Positions 37,716-46,204 of a stretch of 64,000 nt of DNA are shown one piece after another (position 1 is the stretch's first letter; each line of letters starts with the position of its first letter). This DNA comes from a virus (taxonomy: Duplodnaviria; Caudoviricetes). The position numbers and the translations under genes are program-made. The notes under the pieces are model-generated. The model was not told where the DNA came from. It made no database searches and saw nothing but the letters and a program-made list of their open reading frames with translations. The stretch lies in IMG/VR virus record IMGVR_UViG_3300028800_000094, positions 1,204 to 65,203 of that record. One strand, written 5' to 3'.

Positions 37716-38185
37716 TAGTTGCTTCCAAACTGCTGCCCGCCCCAGACTACGGCGCCCGAGAGGCCGAAGCCCTCGCAATTGGAGCCGGAAACGTTGATCG
37801 GCCCGGCTCCGAAGAGTCGGATCATATATTTGTAGCGGGTTCCGTACACCGTCGTGTTCCAATGGCTGGAATCGGGATCCGCGCCGGCACCGGTGTCGTA
37901 ATTGACGGAAACCTTGTCGACCGACTTGGCCGAGACCGGGCCTCCAGCGACGCCGGGGGCGCCGCCGAAGCTTGCCGCGTCGGCGGCCTGCTTCTCAAGG
38001 ACGAGGTTGTGGCAAGTGAACAGCTCGACGCCGATATTAAGGCTTGAGCCCCAGCGCAGCGCGTTGACGAACTTATAGGCCACCGTCAGCCAAAAATTGA
38101 TCTGGCTATCGGTGTACACCCCCCTGTCTCCAAACTCGGGGAAGTCCGACCGAAGCTGCGATGGGGTTACGACCGGAAGCGTCAT
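37715..38185 (-). CDS. head-tail connector (DUF4054-like)
   Basis: R.DFPEF.D...Y, KSVDKVSV.YD and WN.T.YG motifs. Confidence 0.85.
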   Translation of the reverse strand: MTLPVVTPSQLRSDFPEFGDRGVYTDSQINFWLTVAYKFVNALRWGSSLNIGVELFTCHNLVLEKQAADAASFGGAPGVAGGPVSAKSVDKVSVNYDTGAGADPDSSHWNTTVYGTRYKYMIRLFGAGPINVSGSNCEGFGLSGAVVWGGQQFGSN

Positions 38186-38373
38186 TTCCCAAACTTCGAC
38201 TTCATATCGGCGATTGTAAAGGCGGCCGGGAGGCCGGTAGGGGCCTCGTCACGGCCGTGCGTGCCGCCGAAAGGGTCGCCGGGGCGGTCGTAGGGTAGCA
38301 AGGGTGAATCGGCGCTACGACGCGCCTGTGCGAGCCCGGTGTCGACGGTTTGGGCCTTGGGATCAGGCGGCAT
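38182..38373 (-). CDS. small hypothetical protein
   Basis: AAGGG RBS; stop overlaps the connector ATG. Confidence 0.45.
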   Translation of the reverse strand: MPPDPKAQTVDTGLAQARRSADSPLLPYDRPGDPFGGTHGRDEAPTGLPAAFTIADMKSKFGK

Positions 38374-38869
38374 CGGCGCCCTTTGCAGCGGCTTTCGCCG
38401 GTTGCGGCACAACGGTAACACCGTTGCGACGCAGCCAGTCGTTCATAGGCTGCTTCTTGCCGTCACCGGCCAAGCTGATAGGCACCTCGGCGTAGCCCTT
38501 TTTGAACAGCGCCCGGCTGTGGTCCTTTAACGTCAAAAGGACATCGCGGGGGAAGTTCAGGACAACGACCGGCTCCTGAGCCAGAGCGACCAGCTCCTTC
38601 GCCGATTTCGCCGTCTGCGCCGAAAGCTGGAGCGCCCGAGCGACTTCCTCGGACGGGACCGGCTTCGACTCGTTGATCCGTACGCCCGGTGCCGCCGCGA
38701 CCATACCCTCGGTCGCCTTGGCTACGGCCGCAGCAACTGCAGCGGCGATCGCGGCCTTGACCGTCGGATCCTCTAGGTCGAGGGAAGCAGGGGGGGCTGT
38801 GGGATCGGTGGCCGGGGCTGTAGCGGCGTCGGCGTCGGTTGCGCTGGTCTTGTCGTTCTTCGGCGGCAT
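38363..38869 (-). CDS. hypothetical head-module protein
   Basis: AGGAG RBS; Ala-rich; short C-terminal beta domain. Confidence 0.6.
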   Translation of the reverse strand: MPPKNDKTSATDADAATAPATDPTAPPASLDLEDPTVKAAIAAAVAAAVAKATEGMVAAAPGVRINESKPVPSEEVARALQLSAQTAKSAKELVALAQEPVVVLNFPRDVLLTLKDHSRALFKKGYAEVPISLAGDGKKQPMNDWLRRNGVTVVPQPAKAAAKGADAA

Positions 38870-38879
38870 TCAGGGTCTC

Positions 38880-39509
38880 CTATCTAGAGGTAAGCCACTC
38901 GTCCATCGTCTTTGTCGCCTTTGAGGCGTTACAAGGACGGCACATCAATTGGATATTGGCCGGGAAGTTCGAACCACCGCGCGAGAGCGGGACGATGTGC
39001 TCGATCTCAAAGGTCTTTCGGATATCCTTGCCGCACCCGGTGCAGAGCCCATTCTGCTCAACGAAGATGCGCTCGATATCGTCTTTCGTGAAGGATCCCT
39101 CGGCGCCTATAACGCGAGCGCGGCGATTTTCGGATGCGCGCTGGTAGTTTCGTTTGTAGCGTTCGGGGTTTCGTTTCGCCCATTCGGCGAGGTACTCGTT
39201 GAAATAGTCGGGGTTCCGTTTCTTCCATGCCAGGAACCACTGGCGAGCGCGTTCAGGATTCTTGTCGTGGTAGCGTTTTCGACGCTGCTTTGCACTTTCG
39301 GGATTTGCCAATTCCCATTTTTGCGTTGCCCGCTTGTGACTCTCACTTTGGCCGTGTAGCTTCGCGCAATCTACGCATCCGAACGATGTAACGAAGCGTT
39401 CGGCGATATGGCCGTGAGGACAAGGATTGCCGGTAAAGTAACGCTTGAGCCCTTGGGCGAGAGCTTCTTGACGGGTGACCTGTTTTCGGTTTACGACTTG
39501 CTCAACCAT
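38880..39509 (-). CDS. free-standing HNH endonuclease
   Basis: YFTG.PC.HGH..ER....C..C N-domain, CTGC...EHIVPLSRGGSN...N....C..CN..K; start 39509 or 39515. Confidence 0.93.
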   Translation of the reverse strand: MVEQVVNRKQVTRQEALAQGLKRYFTGNPCPHGHIAERFVTSFGCVDCAKLHGQSESHKRATQKWELANPESAKQRRKRYHDKNPERARQWFLAWKKRNPDYFNEYLAEWAKRNPERYKRNYQRASENRRARVIGAEGSFTKDDIERIFVEQNGLCTGCGKDIRKTFEIEHIVPLSRGGSNFPANIQLMCRPCNASKATKTMDEWLTSR

Positions 39510-39591
39510 TGGCATCCCTTCCGATGCTGTGTGGTTAGAGCCCCCTGAGCGGTGACACGCTTTGGGGGCTCGACTCTGAGCGGACTATACC

Positions 39592-39613
39592 AAAGCGGCT
39601 CGATAGCCGCCTT
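39592..39613 (-). terminator. putative terminator after the major capsid gene
   Basis: AAGGCGGCT-atcg-AGCCGCTTT with a short U tract. Confidence 0.5.
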
Positions 39614-39615
39614 AG

Positions 39616-40764
39616 TTAAATTCCATCATAAAATCCGATGGTTTGTGTGTAGACAACTTCCACAACACCCAAACGGCCGTAGTAGGTTGCCTTAAGGTAA
39701 AGCCCATCATATTGGATCGGCGTCCGCGAAAGCAGCGTCATCGGGAAACGAATCCGATCGTAATTCTTCCGGTAAACGACCATACGGTCGCCAGTCCCGA
39801 GAGTGCCGATCGTTCCGCCGGCCGCTGCGCCGATACACCACTTCGACGCGAGGATGTCCAAAGAGCCGCCCTGCTTGATCACGATATTGTTTTCAAGCAG
39901 GTAGGTCAGGATCGAGGTGTTGCCGGCAGACGACACGAGCTGGGTTGAAATATACCCATACTGCGCGGGCGGAATCAGAATGCGATCGGGCAAATCGTCC
40001 CATGCCGCATTCTGCCAGTTCGTTTGCAGCGCGGTGTTGACGTCGGCCAGGATCTCGTTCGGAGTCTTGGTCGTCCACTGGGTTCCACCAGCGAGGCCCT
40101 GCGCAACGTTCGTCGCCGTGACGCCCGATGCGTTGACGAGACCGGTATCACCGGTGGTGGTATCACCGATATAAACCTGTTCGTCGGTGTCCATCTGGTG
40201 CTTGAGCTGAAGCACCTTATATTTCTGCTCATCGATCGGGCGGCCGATGCGGGCCGAGCTTTCGAGTTCGAGCAGGTCGTACTTGATTTCCAGAGCCCAG
40301 GGCCGCAAGGGGTGCGGAGTCTTGTCGATATCGACGCCGACGCCGGAAATCTGGGTGGAGTTTTTGCCGACCCAGGCTTTGCCGGTTCCGATGCCGTTAC
40401 CGTCGCCCGCGCCACCGGCCGACCCGAAGGCGGAGGTGGTGTAAGACGAAATTTCGTCCGCGATCGTCACGTCTTCGCGGAGCGGCATGTCCCGAAGGTA
40501 CTTGATCGAGACCAGCGGCTCGTGGAGCGTGTAATCGAGGCGCTCCAATTCGCCGACGAGGAACGCGCCGGTCGAGTCATAAACTCGATCGCCGGTGAAG
40601 CTCTTATCGGGCCGGCGATAGCCCGGAAGCTTCGCGGTGAAGTCGAATTTCTTCCCCACCGCATTGGTACGCCCCTGCGAATCCAGGACGAAGCCAGTGG
40701 CCGCGTCCATGGTCATCAGACCGTCGCGCGTATAGCGACGTCCGAAGTTACGATTGATGAACAT
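39616..40764 (-). CDS. major capsid protein (DUF2184-like)
   Basis: FL.GELERLD..L.EPL, GRPID.QK, D.QVY.GD.....GL.N and DRMV.Y motifs. Confidence 0.92.
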   Translation of the reverse strand: MFINRNFGRRYTRDGLMTMDAATGFVLDSQGRTNAVGKKFDFTAKLPGYRRPDKSFTGDRVYDSTGAFLVGELERLDYTLHEPLVSIKYLRDMPLREDVTIADEISSYTTSAFGSAGGAGDGNGIGTGKAWVGKNSTQISGVGVDIDKTPHPLRPWALEIKYDLLELESSARIGRPIDEQKYKVLQLKHQMDTDEQVYIGDTTTGDTGLVNASGVTATNVAQGLAGGTQWTTKTPNEILADVNTALQTNWQNAAWDDLPDRILIPPAQYGYISTQLVSSAGNTSILTYLLENNIVIKQGGSLDILASKWCIGAAAGGTIGTLGTGDRMVVYRKNYDRIRFPMTLLSRTPIQYDGLYLKATYYGRLGVVEVVYTQTIGFYDGI

Positions 40765-40782
40765 TCTGAGGTGTCTCCGGTA

Positions 40783-41421
40783 TTACGGGTGGAAGATAAT
40801 CTCGACGATGCCGGCGGAATCGGACGGCCCGTTGAAGGTGCAGGTGCCCGGCAGCGCGATCGTGTTGCTACCGGAAGACGCGGCCTCGACGAAGCCCTGG
40901 ACGTGAAGTCCGCTCGTCGCTGCGATCCAGATATTGATGGTGCCGCCCTTTACCACGTTCGCCGCAGCGAAGTTGTTCAGGGTGGTCATTATATAGCCCG
41001 AGCGCATGACGTCGAGCTTGCCAATCGTGCCCGGCGCGCCATTACCGATCGACGCCGCACCGTAATTCGTTCCAGACGATTGCTGGAAGGGATACGGGCG
41101 AACGGCGAAGCCGTAGACGTCGGTGATCGCCGTGTCGCCGGCCTGAACGAGTCGGAACAAGTGCGAGGTGGCGTCGATAATGCCGGCCTGTCCGAACAGC
41201 GTGATCGGATTGGTAGGATCCATCGAGACCGGCTCGATCGCCACCGGATGCGTCCGATTGACGTCGCCCGAGAAACCGGCGGGCATGCGGAACTGGTAAG
41301 CCTGCCCAGTATCCTTGGTATAACGGCGGCCGAAGCGGCGAAGCTGCAGCTCGCTATCGCGAGTGATGATCGCCGGAGCCTGACGCCCGAGCAGGCGTCC
41401 AAACTGATCAAAAAGTTTCAT
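40783..41421 (-). CDS. head decoration/cement protein
   Basis: RMPAG..GDV.R...G..VRPYP.Q motifs; between protease and capsid genes. Confidence 0.82.
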   Translation of the reverse strand: MKLFDQFGRLLGRQAPAIITRDSELQLRRFGRRYTKDTGQAYQFRMPAGFSGDVNRTHPVAIEPVSMDPTNPITLFGQAGIIDATSHLFRLVQAGDTAITDVYGFAVRPYPFQQSSGTNYGAASIGNGAPGTIGKLDVMRSGYIMTTLNNFAAANVVKGGTINIWIAATSGLHVQGFVEAASSGSNTIALPGTCTFNGPSDSAGIVEIIFHP

Positions 41422-41445
41422 CGGAGTGAGTTCCTTGCGTTGCGG

Positions 41446-42822
41446 TTAGCGGGTGGAAGTCCGCGCGGGGTAAAGTTCGGCTGCGCGACGGTTGAGATCC
41501 GCGATTGAACGAATCACACCATCGGGCTGGGTGCCGGCGTCTTGCTGCTGGCGGGATCCACCGGCATTATTGATGCGCTTCATCGCGGCGCCGGCCGCAA
41601 GGAAGGTTGAACGCACGCGCGAGCAGTCCATCGCCTTGAAGTCGATGGTGGTCTTGCCGCCCATAACGTCGCTGATCACACCTCGGCTCGCCGGAACGTT
41701 CCAGGCAAGGTCGAGCGCGGTCTTGCGGTGCTGGCACATGGCCTTGAAAGTTGCGGCTGGCTTCGCCTTGGCGTCGAAGGTCGGATGGCTCAGGCCGGGG
41801 GCCAGAATCTCGGCGACGGCGATGGTCGTCTGGAACGAAGCGGCCAGGGGGGCAGAGTCTTTCGCGCCCTTGTCCATGCCTTCCTCTTCCATCTCTTCCT
41901 CGGAGGCGTCCTTGGACTCTTTTTCCTCCTTCTTTTCCTCTTCGCCCTCGGCGTCTTTGGCTTCCTTTTCGGTTTTTTCTTTTTCCTCGGCGTCCTTCGC
42001 GGCCTTGTCCTTCATATCTTTGAAGTACCCGGCGACGTCTTTCATCATGTCTTCGAGCGCACCGACGCGCTGGCCCATCGCGGTCATTGGATCGGCGGGC
42101 TCTTCGTCGGCGCCCATCGCAGGGCTATGGTTGTGGATATGGACGGCCAGCGGCTCTACGCCGGTCGCGCCTTCCTCGGCTTCGGCGTCGAGCGCGGCCT
42201 TGAATGCGGCCTCGTCCTTCACACCGATGAGGTTCATCAGTTTCTGCTTGTAGGTCATCTTCATAACGGGAATCTCCTGAATTTGCTGGTCGCCTATGGC
42301 ACAGCGCGGGCCGCAGCGACCTTCCTCGACGAGCGCGACATGGTTTCCGATAATGTTCGTCTGCTTGACTTTCCCTGGTTCAAATTCCTCGTACTCAGGG
42401 TTATATCCGCAGGAGAGTTCGACCTTTCCTGCATCGATGAGCATAATCAGGCCCTGGTCCTGCACGACCAAATCGGCCAGCAGCAGATCCCCCTGATCCC
42501 CTTTGCCCTGGCGCGGATTTAGAACCGTACCAAGCGACAAGAGGCGCCAGTTAAAGGTGTTGACCATCTCCGAGGGATGGTCGTTCGTAATCGGCTTGCC
42601 GTTCCACGATGCAACCGAGACTGGGTCGAATACGTCCTCGGGCTTCCGGTGAACGTGGACCATGCCATCGGCTTCGGGCTCGACGTCCGCAGGCAGATCC
42701 AACTCTTTTGGATCGTAGGCTTGCGTCCCGGTGCGTGCGATCGGGGTTCCCTCGATTACGAGGAAGCCCTCGGGCGTCTTGCGGCGTTTGCCGCTAATTT
42801 TTTCCGGTGTGAAAAACTTCAT
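41446..42822 (-). CDS. prohead protease/scaffold (DUF2213-like)
   Basis: TPEGFL.....IARTG.Q.Y, GKPITNDHP, ELSCGY, NHVALV..GRCG..C.I.D and an acidic scaffold region. Confidence 0.92.
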   Translation of the reverse strand: MKFFTPEKISGKRRKTPEGFLVIEGTPIARTGTQAYDPKELDLPADVEPEADGMVHVHRKPEDVFDPVSVASWNGKPITNDHPSEMVNTFNWRLLSLGTVLNPRQGKGDQGDLLLADLVVQDQGLIMLIDAGKVELSCGYNPEYEEFEPGKVKQTNIIGNHVALVEEGRCGPRCAIGDQQIQEIPVMKMTYKQKLMNLIGVKDEAAFKAALDAEAEEGATGVEPLAVHIHNHSPAMGADEEPADPMTAMGQRVGALEDMMKDVAGYFKDMKDKAAKDAEEKEKTEKEAKDAEGEEEKKEEKESKDASEEEMEEEGMDKGAKDSAPLAASFQTTIAVAEILAPGLSHPTFDAKAKPAATFKAMCQHRKTALDLAWNVPASRGVISDVMGGKTTIDFKAMDCSRVRSTFLAAGAAMKRINNAGGSRQQQDAGTQPDGVIRSIADLNRRAAELYPARTSTR

Positions 42823-42972
42823 CGGGTTATGCCACAAAGACGATCGGCTTCGGCCGAGAGATTTTGATGTAACGCGAATTTACAAAACGTGACCGCGTAC
42901 TTATGGCCGGCATTCCGAAGATTCCGATCAAACGGAAAACGATGGCCCCAAATAAACAGCTTCGCGTAAACA

Positions 42973-44052
42973 TCAAACGGGCTGTGATAATGACCATCGG
43001 TGAGCGTGGCACCAATCTCGATCTCGCTGGTCAGGTTCACTCCTGAGTAAACGATCGCGAGCACCGTACAGGCGGCCCAGAGCCAGCGCCGTAGCGAAGA
43101 GCGTGACCGGCTCGTGGAGGGGGAAACTGACGAGCCCTTCGGCAAGGACAGCGACGAGAACAAGTCGCTCTGCGAGTAGCTTGCCTCGGAAGGCAACCAC
43201 GATGAAGGCGACAAAAGTGATCGAACCGATACCAAGGTCAAAGACGGCCTCCATCAAATCATTATGGGCGTGATCCCACGGAAGCACGCTGCCGTAACTG
43301 GCGAAACCCCACCCGAACGGCTTTAGGTTCGCCAGCGTCCATGCCCAGAAGTCGAAGCGGTTCGTTACCGAGGCCGAGCGCCACGCGTCCTGTGAGTCGA
43401 GCCAAATAAGGGCGCCAGCCGCGAGAACCAGGGGGGTGGCTATCATGAGCCATTGCCGGAAAGGCCGGCCGTGCATAGCGTAAAAGAAGACCACGGCGCC
43501 TAGTGCAAGTAAGGCCCCGCGCGAGCCTGAGCAAGCGAGCATGATGAAGCAACTCAGCATCGCTAGACATTCGAGATGGTTTTTATTCTTGACGCTCAGG
43601 ATACCAGCCAATGCGACTACGAGAGCCTCGGCGAAATTATCTCGGTTCAAGAAGAGGCCGGCAATACCACCGAGCGGCGCTGCTATACGGGATCCGAATA
43701 GCTGCATCACTACGAACGGCACCGAGGTTACGAACCCCAGTGCCAGCCCGAGCCATACCCGGCGAAGATCCTGGGCTTCGGATGCGATCTGGAAGATCAA
43801 AGCAAGTGCTGCGAATTGAACGAGGGCGCCGATGCCTTGAAGCGGATCGAAGGCCCAGAGCAGCGACGTCGCGGCATAGATAAGGAACGTGAGCCCGAGA
43901 AGGTGCCCGACCGTCCATCGGATTGGAACGGTCGAGCGAAGTGCCATCAACACAGGCGCGGCAATTAAGATCGCCCACCACCTCGGCGCTACACTTGCAG
44001 AGACGAGCCCTGGTATGTAGATCGCCGAGGTTATGAAGGCGAGGATCGGCAT
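42973..44052 (-). CDS. O-antigen ligase / O-oligosaccharyltransferase-like polytopic membrane protein (Wzy_C)
   Basis: About 10 TM segments; GLF.N.., SGSRGA, R...W, PFGWG..., HAHND...DLG and FPL motifs. Confidence 0.82.
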   Translation of the reverse strand: MPILAFITSAIYIPGLVSASVAPRWWAILIAAPVLMALRSTVPIRWTVGHLLGLTFLIYAATSLLWAFDPLQGIGALVQFAALALIFQIASEAQDLRRVWLGLALGFVTSVPFVVMQLFGSRIAAPLGGIAGLFLNRDNFAEALVVALAGILSVKNKNHLECLAMLSCFIMLACSGSRGALLALGAVVFFYAMHGRPFRQWLMIATPLVLAAGALIWLDSQDAWRSASVTNRFDFWAWTLANLKPFGWGFASYGSVLPWDHAHNDLMEAVFDLGIGSITFVAFIVVAFRGKLLAERLVLVAVLAEGLVSFPLHEPVTLFATALALGRLYGARDRLLRSEPDQRDRDWCHAHRWSLSQPV

Positions 44053-44054
44053 TT

Positions 44055-44615
44055 TTAGATCAACAGGTCGCAGCCGACGACGCCGGTATGCGCCGGGCTA
44101 AACGATGCGCCGGTCGAGGTGATCTGTTGGATGCGGAAGAACCGTGGCACGTGAAGGCTGACGCCGGTCATTCCGGTCGGGAGCCCGGAGACCGCGATGC
44201 CGGGATAAACCTGAAGCACGGTCGGTACATTGAGCGCAGTGCCCGTACCCGTCGCCGAAGTAAACGAAACACCCGATGTCGCAATCGTAAAGTACGTCTG
44301 CGATGCAGTGTCGTATTCCTGGACGTTGATCGAAACCGAGGGCGAACCGGAATCGGCGGTCTGGGTAATCGAGCAGATGACGCCCTTATAGGCAAGGGCG
44401 TTGATCAGGTTCGAATTGACGGTGCCGGGCGTTGCGGACTGATTGACAATCAGGATCTGCTTCGTCGGCGTACTGGCAGTCGGCGCCGGCACCGGCGTAT
44501 TGTAAGGCGGAGGCGGGATCGAGGGAACCTGGGCCTGCGCGAAGGGGAGCACTCCGATCGACAGGACTGCGGCCATAATGGTCGCGGCGAAAAGGCTGTA
44601 ACGGCGAAAACGCAT
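44055..44615 (-). CDS. exported protein with Pro/Thr/Ser-rich N-terminus
   Basis: Sec signal ending AQA, then PSIPPPPYNTPVPAPTASTPT and a beta-rich domain; AAGGAG RBS. Confidence 0.75.
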   Translation of the reverse strand: MRFRRYSLFAATIMAAVLSIGVLPFAQAQVPSIPPPPYNTPVPAPTASTPTKQILIVNQSATPGTVNSNLINALAYKGVICSITQTADSGSPSVSINVQEYDTASQTYFTIATSGVSFTSATGTGTALNVPTVLQVYPGIAVSGLPTGMTGVSLHVPRFFRIQQITSTGASFSPAHTGVVGCDLLI

Positions 44616-44626
44616 GGTGATCTCCT

Positions 44627-46204
44627 TCAGTCGAAATGATCGGGCAGGACTACTTCAGCCCAGCACCTGCAGTTTTTGGATACCAATCGCTGGTCTGTCG
44701 TTGTATAGTATCCGCGACCAGTAGAAAGGGTGAACACATGGCCGGCAAAACGATGGCGTCCAAGCGACTCCACACGGAGACGTCGAAAGTAATCGCTGCC
44801 TATACAGGGGGGGAAAGCGAACTCTCCCTCTCCAAACGCTACGGCGTGAACCGATGGACGATCACGCGCCTGCTCGAAAAAGCTGGTATTGAAAGGCGTG
44901 GTCGAAGTGCCGGCATGTTCGCGCGCATGGCGCAAGCCAACATCGAAACTCGGCGCAGCCTCATAGCGAAGGCCCGCGCGACTCGCATCGCCAATATGGC
45001 TGCTGCCGCCGAAGAAGATCGGCCTCGCTACGATATCGGATTCGGCGAAGTCGAAATTGCCCAGGCTATGGCCGCGCGAGGTTTTGAAATCGTCAAGCAA
45101 CGAATAGTCGGACCATATATCATCGACCTGACCATCAATGGCGTCGCCATAGAAGTTCGTCTCGGCGCTCGATCGCTTAAAGTGGCGTTTGCCAGCGAGC
45201 GCGATAAAAAGCTCATCGAAGCTTACGGTGAGCGGCTGGTCAGTATTCATTTCAGCCGGGCGATCCCCCTGACTGATTGTTTGGATCAAGTAGTCGCCCT
45301 CCTGGAGAGCGCCTGCCGCAACCCACCCCCGGTCGGTGAGCATTGGATGATTAAGTGTTACCGTCAGCGGCTTCGCTGCCCCGGCCATTACTACGCTAAC
45401 CAGATCACCCTGGTAAAAGGCACGCCACAAGCGGTGAGCGTCGCGCGTTAGCTGGATAACGGTGTCGCCGGTGAAGCAGTTATAAATCTGGCCGGCGTGC
45501 GTCGTCGTACCATCGGAAAGCGTGGGAACCTCGTCCCATTTTACATACTTCCCATTCATTTCACGATGCGATGGCCTTGTATCGCTGTCAGTCTGCGAAC
45601 GCCAAATGTAGCCGAGACTGCCTATGTGCTCTGCGCGGGCCTGAACCAGCCCCGACGACGTCCGCGCCACTTCAGTCCGCGCGATTAAGTCAGCCCTGGA
45701 TTTAGACACGTGCCCCGAGCGATAGATCTCTTTGCTGATCTCCTTCGCGCGGGTGGAATTCGATATGTTCTCAAGCGTCAGCTTGTGGACGCGCTTGGCG
45801 GCATCGGTTGGCAGCGACGTGATGTAGTGCACGCTCTCCGCCATAAACTTCCGCAGCATCTCGCCGGTCGGTGCGGTCTGAATCTCTTGGCGCAACGAAG
45901 CGCCCATCTCTTTGCCGAGCTGCGCCCATACGCTCTCGTCCCGGCGCGCTACCTCAAGTACCATGCGGCGGGCGACAGTGCCCGCCCATGGCCGTATCAA
46001 GTCGGAATAGGATCGCAGCGCGATGCTAATCTGGCTCAGGAACGCTGGATCGTCTTGATCGAAACCGTTAATGATGGTTCCGATATGCGTAGAGACTTTG
46101 CGAAGCTGCCGCGCGTACTGAACCTCGACCCGACGCGAATAGGCGAAATTCTTCCGCTGCTGGGGAGTGTCGCGGTGCTTATCCTGAATATGGCCAAGCA
46201 TCAC
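44627..46204 (-). CDS. head morphogenesis protein (Mu gpF/SPP1 gp7-like) containing an intein
   Basis: RA.LIARTE, Y.W...D..TR.SH and a HAGQIYN|CRC motif interrupted by 269 aa. Confidence 0.92.
   Translation of the reverse strand: MMLGHIQDKHRDTPQQRKNFAYSRRVEVQYARQLRKVSTHIGTIINGFDQDDPAFLSQISIALRSYSDLIRPWAGTVARRMVLEVARRDESVWAQLGKEMGASLRQEIQTAPTGEMLRKFMAESVHYITSLPTDAAKRVHKLTLENISNSTRAKEISKEIYRSGHVSKSRADLIARTEVARTSSGLVQARAEHIGSLGYIWRSQTDSDTRPSHREMNGKYVKWDEVPTLSDGTTTHAGQIYNCFTGDTVIQLTRDAHRLWRAFYQGDLVSVVMAGAAKPLTVTLNHPMLTDRGWVAAGALQEGDYLIQTISQGDRPAEMNTDQPLTVSFDELFIALAGKRHFKRSSAETNFYGDAIDGQVDDIWSDYSLLDDFKTSRGHSLGNFDFAESDIVARPIFFGGSSHIGDASRAGLRYEAAPSFDVGLRHAREHAGTSTTPFNTSFFEQARDRPSVHAVAFGEGEFAFPPCIGSDYFRRLRVESLGRHRFAGHVFTLSTGRGYYTTTDQRLVSKNCRCWAEVVLPDHFD
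44672..45478 (-). mobile_element. intein (269 aa) in the gpF-like protein
   Basis: Starts CFTGDT, block B TVTLNHPMLT.RGW, block F GHVFTLST, ends SKN followed by +1 Cys; removal restores NCRC. Confidence 0.92.
44738..45451 (+). CDS. antisense HTH + DUF559/Vsr-like endonuclease nested in the intein
   Basis: AAAGGG RBS; HTH Y..GES...LSKRYGV...TI.R.L...GI..R; nuclease E......Q..VGPY.ID......AIEV. Confidence 0.78.
   Translation: MAGKTMASKRLHTETSKVIAAYTGGESELSLSKRYGVNRWTITRLLEKAGIERRGRSAGMFARMAQANIETRRSLIAKARATRIANMAAAAEEDRPRYDIGFGEVEIAQAMAARGFEIVKQRIVGPYIIDLTINGVAIEVRLGARSLKVAFASERDKKLIEAYGERLVSIHFSRAIPLTDCLDQVVALLESACRNPPPVGEHWMIKCYRQRLRCPGHYYANQITLVKGTPQAVSVAR

Noticed and set aside
40024-41508. 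Long + strand ORFs opposite structural genes (also 25854-26840, 33670-34617, 45710-46303) and 8675-9604 on the - strand
   Set aside because: Shadow ORFs of GC-rich genes with no recognisable domain or RBS, unlike the antisense ORF inside the intein.
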